Origin: Candidatus Bathyarchaeia archaeon
GTDB taxonomy: Archaea > Thermoproteota > Bathyarchaeia > Bathyarchaeales > Bathycorpusculaceae
Direction: 5' to 3'
DNA: 64,000 nt
Assembly: GCA_038882955.1 (NCBI GenBank)
Contig: JAVZNC010000005.1
Span: forward strand, 1 to 64,000
Within the stretch, counting starts at the first letter, position 1, and the number at the start of each line of letters is the position of its first letter. The translations under genes were made by a program, and so were the position numbers. The notes beneath the pieces were generated by a model. It was not told where the DNA came from, ran no database searches, and saw nothing but the letters and a program-made list of their open reading frames with translations. Shown one piece after another: positions 9,502-18,441 of the stretch.

Positions 9502-10650
9502 TTAGCGCTTCAATGCTTCTAAAACAAGGCTAGCGATATCTACAACCTTGATTTCAGAGCGCTTTCTCTTGGAAGCTAACTCAAGCATCTGCACGCAAGA
9601 CGGACATGCCGTAACAAGCGTTTTCGCTCCAGAGTCTTCAGCATGCCTTATCCTTAATTCGCCTACGGACAAAGCTAATCGCGTGTGCACGATGTTAACG
9701 CTTCCGCCGCCTCCGCAGCACCAAGAGTTTTCTCTGTTCTTCTCCATCTCCACAAGCTTAAGATTTGGTATACTTTGAATTACATTTCTTGGCTCTTCAT
9801 ATATCCCAGCGTATCTCCCAATCTCACAAGGGTCGTGATAAGTCACTTTGATATTACTCGAACTTTTCAGCTTGACATAACCCTCGTCAATAAGCTTGCT
9901 GAGAAATTGTGTTATGTGCACCACTTTAAATGGAAGCTCGCCGAGAATTTTCGGATATTCTTTACTTAACACTTTGTAACATCCAGCGCATGAGGTTAGC
10001 ACCGTTTTAACGCCTTTAGCCCTTACTCTTTCAACGTTATGCGCAGCGAATTCCTTAGCGTCATCTAACATGCCCATAAACAGGAAGGGGTTCCCACAGC
10101 ACCACTCCTCTTCGCCAAGCAGAGTGAACTCGACCCCAGCGGAACTCAAAATTTTTAGGGTGTTGTAGGCAATTTGTGGGTACCTAAACGTTATTACGCA
10201 TCCTGGAAAGTACAGCAAATCAGCTTTTGCACTACTTTTTGGAAGACCCCCTAGCAAAGCGTTTCTCCTTGTTTGCGGTTCACCATAGATATTGCGGCTT
10301 TCACTTAATGTTTTAGCTCCTAGAGTTAACTTGTCAAGCAATACTCCAGCTTTTACAGCGTCGGAACGCATAGCCCTCGTTATATCTGTAATTTTGATTT
10401 TGGCAGCTTGACCGCATTTGATGTCGCATGCACCGCATAGAAAACATGTAAACAGCATCGACACAAGTTCTTGCGAATAGGACAGTTTCTGCTCAATTAG
10501 AGCTCTGGCGATAAGCATTCTTCCCCTTGCTGTTGCAGATTCAAAGCCAGCAATGAACCTTGACGGACACGCGTGCGCCATGTACCCGCCAATGCAGTAT
10601 CCGCATCGTCCACAACTGTAGATTTGCTCTTTATAACTTTCAATTTGCAT
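9502..10650 (-). CDS. Fe-S oxidoreductase with CCG domains (GlcF/GlpC/HdrD family)
   Basis: Motifs CGRCGYC...CP, CFLCGAC, YFPGC, WCCG, YHDPCE, CCGGGG and TACPSC. Confidence 0.9.
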   Translation of the reverse strand: MQIESYKEQIYSCGRCGYCIGGYMAHACPSRFIAGFESATARGRMLIARALIEQKLSYSQELVSMLFTCFLCGACDIKCGQAAKIKITDITRAMRSDAVKAGVLLDKLTLGAKTLSESRNIYGEPQTRRNALLGGLPKSSAKADLLYFPGCVITFRYPQIAYNTLKILSSAGVEFTLLGEEEWCCGNPFLFMGMLDDAKEFAAHNVERVRAKGVKTVLTSCAGCYKVLSKEYPKILGELPFKVVHITQFLSKLIDEGYVKLKSSSNIKVTYHDPCEIGRYAGIYEEPRNVIQSIPNLKLVEMEKNRENSWCCGGGGSVNIVHTRLALSVGELRIRHAEDSGAKTLVTACPSCVQMLELASKRKRSEIKVVDIASLVLEALKR

Positions 10651-10653
10651 AAA

Positions 10654-12018
10654 TCACTCCACCAGAACCCCTGGTTGCAAAATGTTGTTAGGGTCGAGAA
10701 AATGCTTCAGTTTCTTAACCAATTCGTAGTAGTCGCCCCACTTGTCCTTGATGAACGGTTGTAAACCGTCGGGTCCGCCTATGCCGTATGGCACGATGTT
10801 ATCGTTCTCTAGAAATCGTCTGTTAATCTCGTTGGACAGTGAAATTACCTTTTCATGTTCCGTAAGTTCAGAGTAAAGCAAATGCACATATACGGTCCAT
10901 CCGCGTGGAAAAGCCCATGTGCCGAAAGTGCTCTTGTTGAATTCATGCTTCTCGATTATTTCACGCCAAATTTTCACGTACTTGGAGAGCTCTTTTATGG
11001 GGACTGTGCCACACCCAGCAAAATGCCAAACGTCAGAAGCAAAAATGTCTGGCAAGCCCGTAACGACCTTCTTGAATGTTTCTTCTGCAATTTTGGGGTC
11101 ACCTTCCACTCCGTTATTTGCACGACAAACGTTGGCAATCCAGTTTTTCCGGTAATCAACAACGTGTTTATCATAACCAAAAACGTAGATGCGAACGCTA
11201 ATTACGCCAATTTTCGATGCTTCTTCGCTGCAGTCTAGGCTGTAAGCTGCCTCATCACCTATACACTTTGTAACAGCATCACCAACCTTGACGACGTCTT
11301 CCCAACTCTTGAACTCAAAACATAGGAATTCTTCATGCTCTGGCACGGGTCTAACCCTCAGAGCCACTTTTGTCACTATCCCGAAAATTCCCTCCGAGCC
11401 AACAATAAGCCCGGTTAAATCTGGTCCCAATCCTTCTCTGCGGAAAGGCTTACATTGCGGTATTGCCCAAGACCCGGTTCGGACAACTTCGCCAGTTGGC
11501 AGCACCACCTCAAATCCTACAACGTCCATTTGTCCATGAAAACCAAATTTGCATGTTCCATAGGGACCGCCTCCAGCCTTCACTATGCTGCCTCCAACAG
11601 TCATTGCTGGACCACCCATCTCGCTAGAGAGATATGTAAGTCCCTTCTTGCGCAGTTCTTCCATCAACCTAAACCATGTGCAGCCAGGTTCGACAACCGC
11701 AACCAAATTTTCTTCGTCTATTTCCACTACTTTTTCCATGCTTGTCATATCAAGCAAAATTCCACCCTTCACGGGCAACCATGCTGCCCAATGTGAACAG
11801 CCACATCCCCTAACATAAATTGGGATTTTATGTCTGTTAGCCAGCTTGACGATCTTCACAATTTCTTCCGTGCTCTTCGGCCTTGCAATAAAAGATGCTA
11901 AACGTGGCTTGGCAGGGCTTAAGTCGCGACTGTAAGCATAAAGTTCAAAGTCTGATTTGCTAACCCTTTCCTTCCCTAAAATTTCAATTAATTCATCCCA
12001 AACAGCCTCTACAACCAA
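10654..12018 (-). CDS. FAD-binding oxidoreductase (GlcD/D-lactate dehydrogenase family)
   Basis: Motifs GGILLDM, VEPGCT, VVLPTGEV, GSEGIFGIVT and DPNNILQPG. The TTG start follows a GGAGAGGAG RBS. Confidence 0.85.
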   Translation of the reverse strand: MVVEAVWDELIEILGKERVSKSDFELYAYSRDLSPAKPRLASFIARPKSTEEIVKIVKLANRHKIPIYVRGCGCSHWAAWLPVKGGILLDMTSMEKVVEIDEENLVAVVEPGCTWFRLMEELRKKGLTYLSSEMGGPAMTVGGSIVKAGGGPYGTCKFGFHGQMDVVGFEVVLPTGEVVRTGSWAIPQCKPFRREGLGPDLTGLIVGSEGIFGIVTKVALRVRPVPEHEEFLCFEFKSWEDVVKVGDAVTKCIGDEAAYSLDCSEEASKIGVISVRIYVFGYDKHVVDYRKNWIANVCRANNGVEGDPKIAEETFKKVVTGLPDIFASDVWHFAGCGTVPIKELSKYVKIWREIIEKHEFNKSTFGTWAFPRGWTVYVHLLYSELTEHEKVISLSNEINRRFLENDNIVPYGIGGPDGLQPFIKDKWGDYYELVKKLKHFLDPNNILQPGVLVE

Positions 12019-12108
12019 AACTCCTCTCCTCCTTTCATTCAAGGCGTTAAGAATGCTTTTATAAGGTGTTTAAATAAAAATCTATTTCCAAAGTATAGTG
12101 TGGATGTG

Positions 12109-13248
12109 ATGCGGTTGAAGGAGAAAATCCTCGATAAAGACGAGTTGCAATACATGCTTATTGGTGTCGGAATTCTAGGAACAGGCGGTGGTGGAGATCC
12201 AGAATTCTTTGGAAAACCATTAGTAGAGTGGGACTTGAAAAAGGGACGCGAATACCGGATAATATCTCCAGAAAAAGTCAAGGATGACGCCTTCATCGTT
12301 TCAGGAGGATATGCTGGGTCGGTTAGCGCTTTTATATCTGTCGGAGACATGCTGAATAAATGGGAGAAAAAATACGAGCTGCTTGAAGCGTTAAAAATCA
12401 CAGAAGAACTTTTTAAAAGAAAAGTTGACCATGTAGTGCCCTTTGAGCTTGGCGGCGTAAATACACCAGTAATACTCTCTTTGGCGGCGCGTGTGGGAAT
12501 TTCAACGATTGATGGTGATGGACTTGGGAGAGCCGCGCCGGAAACGCAGATGTCAACTTTTCTCGGTCACGAAATATCTTTGACTCCTATGCCCTTTGTG
12601 GACAAGGACGGAAATGTCCTTATAGTTAAACATGCGACGACCCCTGTTTATCCAGATGAAATTATGCGGTTGGCTTTGGAGCTTAACGGAAAAATAGGCG
12701 CAAACAATCATTATCCGATGAGTGGAAAGCAACTTAAAGAAAGCGTCATCCCAAACACAATCACTTTCTCAATAAAGCTTGGCGAAGCCGTTACAAACGC
12801 GATAAGCGCCAAAAAGGACCCAGTAGAGGCTATAATTGCAGTTTCAAAAGGCTTCAAGCTGTTCAATGGAAAAGTTAGGGAGATGACTGGCGCTGATGTG
12901 AAGGCGCACTATTTGGCGAAGGCAACGCTGGAAGGAGTTGGAGAATTCTCCAACCGAACCATGGAAATTGTCTTCAAGAATGAGGCTATGCTTGCAAGGA
13001 TAGATAAAAAGGCAGTTGCTGTTTTTCCAGATCTCATTTGCATGGTGGATCCTAAAACTGGAAAGGGGTTAATGACTGCAAATTTGAAAGCCGGCATGAA
13101 CATGACAGTTATAGGTATACCTGCGCATGAAAGGTTACGCGAGTGCTTAAAAAGCAAGCTTGGTCAAGAAGCTTTCAGCCCTGCAAGATTTGGAATGCCC
13201 GATGTACAATATGAACCTGTAGAAAAATTGGTTAGGCAGGTGTTTTAA
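12109..13248 (+). CDS. DUF917-family protein
   Basis: Motifs LGTGGGGDP, ELGGVN, DGDGLGRAAPETQM, FKNE and VFPDLI. Confidence 0.85.
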   Translation: MRLKEKILDKDELQYMLIGVGILGTGGGGDPEFFGKPLVEWDLKKGREYRIISPEKVKDDAFIVSGGYAGSVSAFISVGDMLNKWEKKYELLEALKITEELFKRKVDHVVPFELGGVNTPVILSLAARVGISTIDGDGLGRAAPETQMSTFLGHEISLTPMPFVDKDGNVLIVKHATTPVYPDEIMRLALELNGKIGANNHYPMSGKQLKESVIPNTITFSIKLGEAVTNAISAKKDPVEAIIAVSKGFKLFNGKVREMTGADVKAHYLAKATLEGVGEFSNRTMEIVFKNEAMLARIDKKAVAVFPDLICMVDPKTGKGLMTANLKAGMNMTVIGIPAHERLRECLKSKLGQEAFSPARFGMPDVQYEPVEKLVRQVF

Positions 13249-13357
13249 GCGATTCTCCGCGAAATAAAATAAATACAAAAAGTTTATTACTGATTCCAAT
13301 TTTTTATCTTTAAAATTTACTATAACCTTAAAGCATGTTAAAGATGGAGAAAAACGG

Positions 13358-14116
13358 ATGTCACAGAGAGATGAGTTGATAATTAAAAAGGCTTTAAACC
13401 TTATTGAGGGGGCTAACACTAAAGGCTTGTACTTGAGAGTTCTGGGCGCCATTGCCTTTAGGCTTCATTGTCCAAAGTTTGGTCATCTTCTTGGAAAGGC
13501 GAGGGCTATAACTGACATTGATTTAATGGCGTATAATAGGCAGTTTGGTCAAATAGAGAAGTATCTTTTAGAAAATGGTTACGAGATGCGTGTAACATCA
13601 ATAGCATCTGTTGCTGCTCGAAGGCGGATTTTTTATGATAAACAGAATGGTTTTTCGATAGACATTTTTCTTGATAGGCTTGAGATGTGCCACGACGTTG
13701 ATTTTAAAGGAAGGCTTGAACGGGACTATCCGACAATACCGTTGGCGGAGATGCTCCTCGAAAAGCTACAGATTGTTCAGATAAATGAGAAGGATGTTAA
13801 GGACGTAATTATCCTTTTGCGCGAGCATGAAATCGGCGATAGAGATGAAGAAACAATTAACGCAAAATACATTGCGAAGTTGTTGGCTAATGATTGGGGC
13901 TTTTATTACACAGCAACGATGAACTTGAATAAAATCAAAGACTTGCTTGACCATTATAAAGAACTAGTGGAGAGCGACAAGAAACTTATCGAAGACAGAA
14001 TTGACAGATTATTAGATATTATTGAGAAAGAACCGAAATCATTAAGTTGGAAGATGCGCGCAAAAATTGGAGCAAAAAAGCAGTGGTACAGAAAGGTAGA
14101 AGAAATACAACATTAA
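13358..14116 (+). CDS. Uncharacterised Pol-beta-superfamily nucleotidyltransferase
   Basis: Pattern LRVLGAIAF...ITDIDL...IDIF (G-x-x-A, DxD, third Asp) followed by LLEKL...NEKDVKD, typical of minimal/AbiEii-like NTases. Confidence 0.7.
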   Translation: MSQRDELIIKKALNLIEGANTKGLYLRVLGAIAFRLHCPKFGHLLGKARAITDIDLMAYNRQFGQIEKYLLENGYEMRVTSIASVAARRRIFYDKQNGFSIDIFLDRLEMCHDVDFKGRLERDYPTIPLAEMLLEKLQIVQINEKDVKDVIILLREHEIGDRDEETINAKYIAKLLANDWGFYYTATMNLNKIKDLLDHYKELVESDKKLIEDRIDRLLDIIEKEPKSLSWKMRAKIGAKKQWYRKVEEIQH

Positions 14117-14171
14117 CTGTTGATGAATCCACTTTTGAGTGAAAGATAAGAAAAAGGGAGAAGATATGCGA

Positions 14172-15764
14172 TTACTCTGGTGGTAGCTCACCGTATATGC
14201 TTGATGGGGCTATTCCCTTCTTGAGGTTCTTATTTGCGTAGTAGGCAAAGTGCAATGTTCCAATGAGGTATGTTATGGCTATCATCATGCCGCTGCCAAC
14301 GACTGCCGCTGAAGTTGTCAGTATGTATAGCATAAACGCTGCGGAAATCGAGCCTGTAATAGCCATAAGTGGTATTCCGCCAATTTTCCATGTGAAACCT
14401 TTCTCCCATATATGTGGTTTCGAGAATGGTAGTTCAATTTCTGACCAGTGCTGGAACAATCTAGCGAATGTGTAGGTCCAACCTATCCCTAGAACAACAG
14501 ACATTAATGCACCAGAGTATACGCATAAGGCTGCAACGACAATTGATATCACCAGCCACCATATTGAACCCATGTAGGGACTGCTCCATCTCGGATGCAC
14601 CTTAGCGAACAATTCAGGCGCCATACGGTCCATAGCCATTGCGAACATCGGTCTTGAAGTGAACAACACGTTAAGCACCATGTCAGCGAAGTTGCCCCAC
14701 TGCGGGGCAAGACCAACTATTGCGGCGAATGTAGGATTATCTGATGCCAAAATAGCCGAATACGTGCTTACACTTACTGGCACGCTCTTGTTAAGTGTGA
14801 AATCGCCAGAATATCCACTTTCAACTATAAAGTTGTACCTCAATGCAAATTCGCCGTAAGTGTTCGTGTAAGCCATTGATGTCGAGACGTTTACAATCAG
14901 CACTATTAAAGCAGCACCAATCAAGCTTAACGGAATGCTCTTTGATGGTTCTTGCACTTCACCGGTAACTGGTACAAGGCAGTATGGCCAAGTGTTTGAC
15001 ACTGGAATTAGAAGCGCTCCACCTATTGCACCCCAGCTGAACTCGTAACTAGCTGGGTTAAACCCATGCGCGTTTGAAACGTTTATGACCTCTTGGTAGG
15101 CGCCAGTTCCAAATGCTTGATCCCATTTTGTTTGCAGTTGCGCTGGACCCGTTGTAAACAAGGGTATGAGCACTGTTATCCAGCCGAACATTGCAAGTAT
15201 GCCCCAGAAGGCTATCCACTTTCCGATGATTCCTGGACCGAGACCATCAATCAACGCGCCTATAACTTGCTGAAGTACTGTGAAGGCTAATGCATACATT
15301 GGCTCCACTAAAGTAGTTCCTGCAGCAGTAAAAGCTCCTATTCCCGTTATTGAGCCCAAAACTTGGAATAGCGCACCCATCGACAGCGTTCCTACGTAGG
15401 CATTTGCTCCCCTAAATATTGGGTTAGTGAAATAGCTTCTCGTGGCTTCCATTACACCAAGCATCGGAGAAACAGCTCTTGATACTGGTATGTAGATTGA
15501 ACCAGACCTCGGCATCGCAACATAAATTAGCGACATGCTGAAGTCTTCAAGAATCACTATCAAATTTGCAACAAAGTAAAGCAGTGGTAAACTAATCCCT
15601 GGATACCAGTTGGGGAGCACAGCCATCAAGTAAAAGTGCCAAGGCAGCGTACACGAAGTAGCTACACCGAAGAATATTGACTGCCACGGCGTGATTGCCC
15701 GTCTGAGACCAGAAGCTTTTCTGACGAACAGTAGAGGTTTTTCCTTCTCCATTATCCCACCCAT
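14172..15764 (-). CDS. APC-superfamily amino acid permease
   Basis: About 12 TM segments with motifs FVRKASGLRR, MPRSGSIY, GEVQEP, SRPMFAMAMDR and a C-terminal YGELPPE. Confidence 0.88.
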   Translation of the reverse strand: MGGIMEKEKPLLFVRKASGLRRAITPWQSIFFGVATSCTLPWHFYLMAVLPNWYPGISLPLLYFVANLIVILEDFSMSLIYVAMPRSGSIYIPVSRAVSPMLGVMEATRSYFTNPIFRGANAYVGTLSMGALFQVLGSITGIGAFTAAGTTLVEPMYALAFTVLQQVIGALIDGLGPGIIGKWIAFWGILAMFGWITVLIPLFTTGPAQLQTKWDQAFGTGAYQEVINVSNAHGFNPASYEFSWGAIGGALLIPVSNTWPYCLVPVTGEVQEPSKSIPLSLIGAALIVLIVNVSTSMAYTNTYGEFALRYNFIVESGYSGDFTLNKSVPVSVSTYSAILASDNPTFAAIVGLAPQWGNFADMVLNVLFTSRPMFAMAMDRMAPELFAKVHPRWSSPYMGSIWWLVISIVVAALCVYSGALMSVVLGIGWTYTFARLFQHWSEIELPFSKPHIWEKGFTWKIGGIPLMAITGSISAAFMLYILTTSAAVVGSGMMIAITYLIGTLHFAYYANKNLKKGIAPSSIYGELPPE

Positions 15765-15828
15765 CTAGAACTTTTGAAATTTCTATTGACGTTCTATAAA
15801 TAATTTTTTAAAAAAATCAAATTTGAGC

Positions 15829-16527
15829 TTAAAATTCGGGGACAACTATGTAATATTTTCTAAAAAGGGATGGTTTCTTAACGATTTTCACCCCTCTGTA
15901 GTCGGTGTTAAATACTCCAAGCTCGTACTCCTTTCTCTTTTTCACTTCTAAATTGCCATTTTTCACTTCTTGAATGATGCTGTAAATTATTTTTTGGGCA
16001 GCGTCCTTAAGCAAAGCATCAGCCATGTTAACAAAATCTTGCCTCTTCTCGTAAAATTTCTCCAATTCTGAGGTTATCTTTCTAGCAATCAATGGAGGAC
16101 CAGCAACCATTATTACTATTCCAATTATTAATGGTATTAGCGCGTAGGTGAGAATTTCCGGGATCATCTTAGCCCATTCAAAATGGAAGAGGAAAGCCAC
16201 CATGCTTAACGTGGTTAAAAGCGTTGTTATAGCTGAAATAACTAAACCGAACTGAAGTAGTATTTGTTGAAGTGCCGCAAGGTTAAGTAAATGTTTCTGT
16301 GAACCTGCTTCTCTGGCAAATTTTAGCATTACCTCACGTACTCCTTTCCAATCTTGCGAAAACCTTTTGCCCATTTTTCCCTCTTTTACCTCTTTATCCG
16401 CCCACGCAAAATCTTCAATGTTGAGTATACGATATCCGTCAATCAACATAAGAACTTTTTTCGCAGTCTTCAAATCTGTTATTTTATAGAACGCACTTCT
16501 TGCTTTCGCTTCATCTTTTGGCATCAA
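15829..16527 (-). CDS. Hypothetical membrane protein with two central TM helices
   Basis: 232 aa with a hydrophobic hairpin near aa 90-147 flanked by charged soluble regions. It sits between the phosphoesterase and permease genes on the same strand. Confidence 0.7.
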   Translation of the reverse strand: MMPKDEAKARSAFYKITDLKTAKKVLMLIDGYRILNIEDFAWADKEVKEGKMGKRFSQDWKGVREVMLKFAREAGSQKHLLNLAALQQILLQFGLVISAITTLLTTLSMVAFLFHFEWAKMIPEILTYALIPLIIGIVIMVAGPPLIARKITSELEKFYEKRQDFVNMADALLKDAAQKIIYSIIQEVKNGNLEVKKRKEYELGVFNTDYRGVKIVKKPSLFRKYYIVVPEF

Positions 16528-16583
16528 TAAACCCTATACACGTTCTTCCTTTTAATAAATAAAGGTGGATTGCTAAAAGGCTT

Positions 16584-17546
16584 TTAACCTTCAACTCTCC
16601 AAACCTTTATTTCTTGATCAGCGTCAGAAGGCAGGTCAACAACATAGCCGCGAAGAACTCCAGCTTGATAATCTGATCCAGGATTTACGACAACAGTTCT
16701 TCCTATTTTTTGATCTGCAGCAGCTTCATGAATGTGCCCATGCAATCCCAGTCGTGGCTGACGCTTTTCAATGAATGTTTTGACGCTTTTGCTTCCCACA
16801 TGCACCATTTCTGGAGAACCATCAAGTCTGGTAACTACGTTTAACTTTTTGTCGAGTTTTGGAGCTAAATCTAGTCTGGTGTCATAGGGTGGCGCATGGA
16901 AATTGCATACGAGGTATTTTTGCTCTTTAGCATCGACTTTGCTGAATTCTCTTTCAAGCATCTTCATTATATCTGACTCTTGCGCTTCCCTAGGCGTTTC
17001 CCATGGTGTTGGGTTTACATACTCGCAGCTTATCATCGGATGTTTTTGATCTATATAAATGACTTTTTTCAGAGGGTAGATTATTCTGTCTTCATGCGCC
17101 ATTATTACCTCATCAATTTCCACAATGTCGTCGTTCCCAGGCATAACAACAACTTTCACGTCTTTTGGAATCTTCTCCTCAACCATTTCGAGCCAACTTT
17201 CCAATCGCTCCTTCATCAGCCTCGCGAATATCGCTTCCACCTTTTTGGGTTCACGTTGTAGTTCCACAATTTCTTCCTTTGTCGTCTCAAAGGAATAGTA
17301 TCCTTGATTTTCCAGCGTGCTAAGCCGCTCTTTTAGTTTCTCCAGCGAATTGAAGTGTTCCTCTTTTCCAAACGGATTGATAAACCACTCGTTTTCTTTG
17401 ATCTTCACTGCTGGCACTATCGCCTTGCCCGTTAAATCGCCACATAACAAGATGACTTCAGCCTTATAGGCTGTTGCGGCGTTCAAATATTTCTTCCAGA
17501 CTACATTGCTTCCATGTGCATCTACGCTGTGAAATATTCTTGTCAA
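16584..17546 (-). CDS. Calcineurin-like (Icc-related) metallophosphoesterase
   Basis: Motifs DAHGS, GDLTG, MPGNDD, FHAPP, LHGHIHE and VNPGS. TTG start inferred. Confidence 0.9.
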   Translation of the reverse strand: MTRIFHSVDAHGSNVVWKKYLNAATAYKAEVILLCGDLTGKAIVPAVKIKENEWFINPFGKEEHFNSLEKLKERLSTLENQGYYSFETTKEEIVELQREPKKVEAIFARLMKERLESWLEMVEEKIPKDVKVVVMPGNDDIVEIDEVIMAHEDRIIYPLKKVIYIDQKHPMISCEYVNPTPWETPREAQESDIMKMLEREFSKVDAKEQKYLVCNFHAPPYDTRLDLAPKLDKKLNVVTRLDGSPEMVHVGSKSVKTFIEKRQPRLGLHGHIHEAAADQKIGRTVVVNPGSDYQAGVLRGYVVDLPSDADQEIKVWRVEG

Positions 17547-17700
17547 CCGTTTTCCTCTCAACTTTTTGGTTTTACGAAAGTAAAAAATAACTATACACAT
17601 AAATCTTTTGCATCTTATTCACAAAATTTTAATGTCAGATTCCTGTTTGTTTAACGAAAAACATAAATTTAAACATTGCATGTTCGCTTTAGTAAAAGTG

Positions 17701-18363
17701 ATGCAGATGGAAAGCAAGCTTCTAAAAGAACTCTGGAAGATTCCTACTGCTTCTCTTTCGGATGCCCTCGACAGTATTGGGGTGCGTGGTTTTATGGATT
17801 ATCGCATAAAGCCGCGCACTGTTGAATCCAAGGTTGTTGGTCAAGCAATCACCGTTAAGGACAAAATTTCTAACAAGAAAGCGACGCCGATCAAGGCTCT
17901 AGAAGCCATTGAAGCGGCTGAAAAGGGTTGGGTTCTCGTGAGGGTCATAGAGGACGCGAACATTGAGGATGCTTCAAACATTGCACTCTTTGGTGGGATA
18001 ATGGCTTCTGCAGCCAAAGCCAAAGGGTTGGGCGGGGCAGTACTTGATGGAGGGTTAAGGGATGTAAGCGAATGTAAATCTCTTGGTTTTCCAGTTTTTT
18101 CTAGAAGTGCAGTTCCGACAAATTCTGTTGGCAGAACAGAGGTCGTTGATGTGAATGTTCCAATAATTTGTGGCGGCGTACTCGTAAATCCCGGAGACAT
18201 AATTGTGGGGGATGCTGATGGCGTTGTGGTTATTCCTAAAGAGAAACTTGAAGAGGTTGTGCATCGCGCGTTGAAAATCGAGGATGTTGAAAAGAGAATG
18301 GCTGCTGACCTTGGGAAAGGCGCGTCTGTGCTGGAAACTGTTAAGAAATATTCAAGAATGTAA
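17701..18363 (+). CDS. RraA-family / 4-hydroxy-4-methyl-2-oxoglutarate aldolase-like protein
   Basis: Motifs TASLSDALD, GGIMA, DGGLRD and VNPGDIIVGDADGVVVIP. Confidence 0.88.
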   Translation: MQMESKLLKELWKIPTASLSDALDSIGVRGFMDYRIKPRTVESKVVGQAITVKDKISNKKATPIKALEAIEAAEKGWVLVRVIEDANIEDASNIALFGGIMASAAKAKGLGGAVLDGGLRDVSECKSLGFPVFSRSAVPTNSVGRTEVVDVNVPIICGGVLVNPGDIIVGDADGVVVIPKEKLEEVVHRALKIEDVEKRMAADLGKGASVLETVKKYSRM

Positions 18364-18441
18364 GATGCAAAATTTTTGATTACCAGTTAACGAAAGCTTT
18401 AATTTGCCTTTGCTTCGTCATGTGATGTTCTGGAGAAAGCT

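Noticed and set aside
14117-14171. C/D-box sRNA (TGATGA present)
   Set aside because: No CTGA D box occurs at a suitable distance.
336-18400. Integrated element downstream of tRNA-Glu bounded by a tRNA 3' repeat
   Set aside because: I found no second copy of the tRNA 3' end by eye and there are no mobility genes in this block, so island status is unproven.
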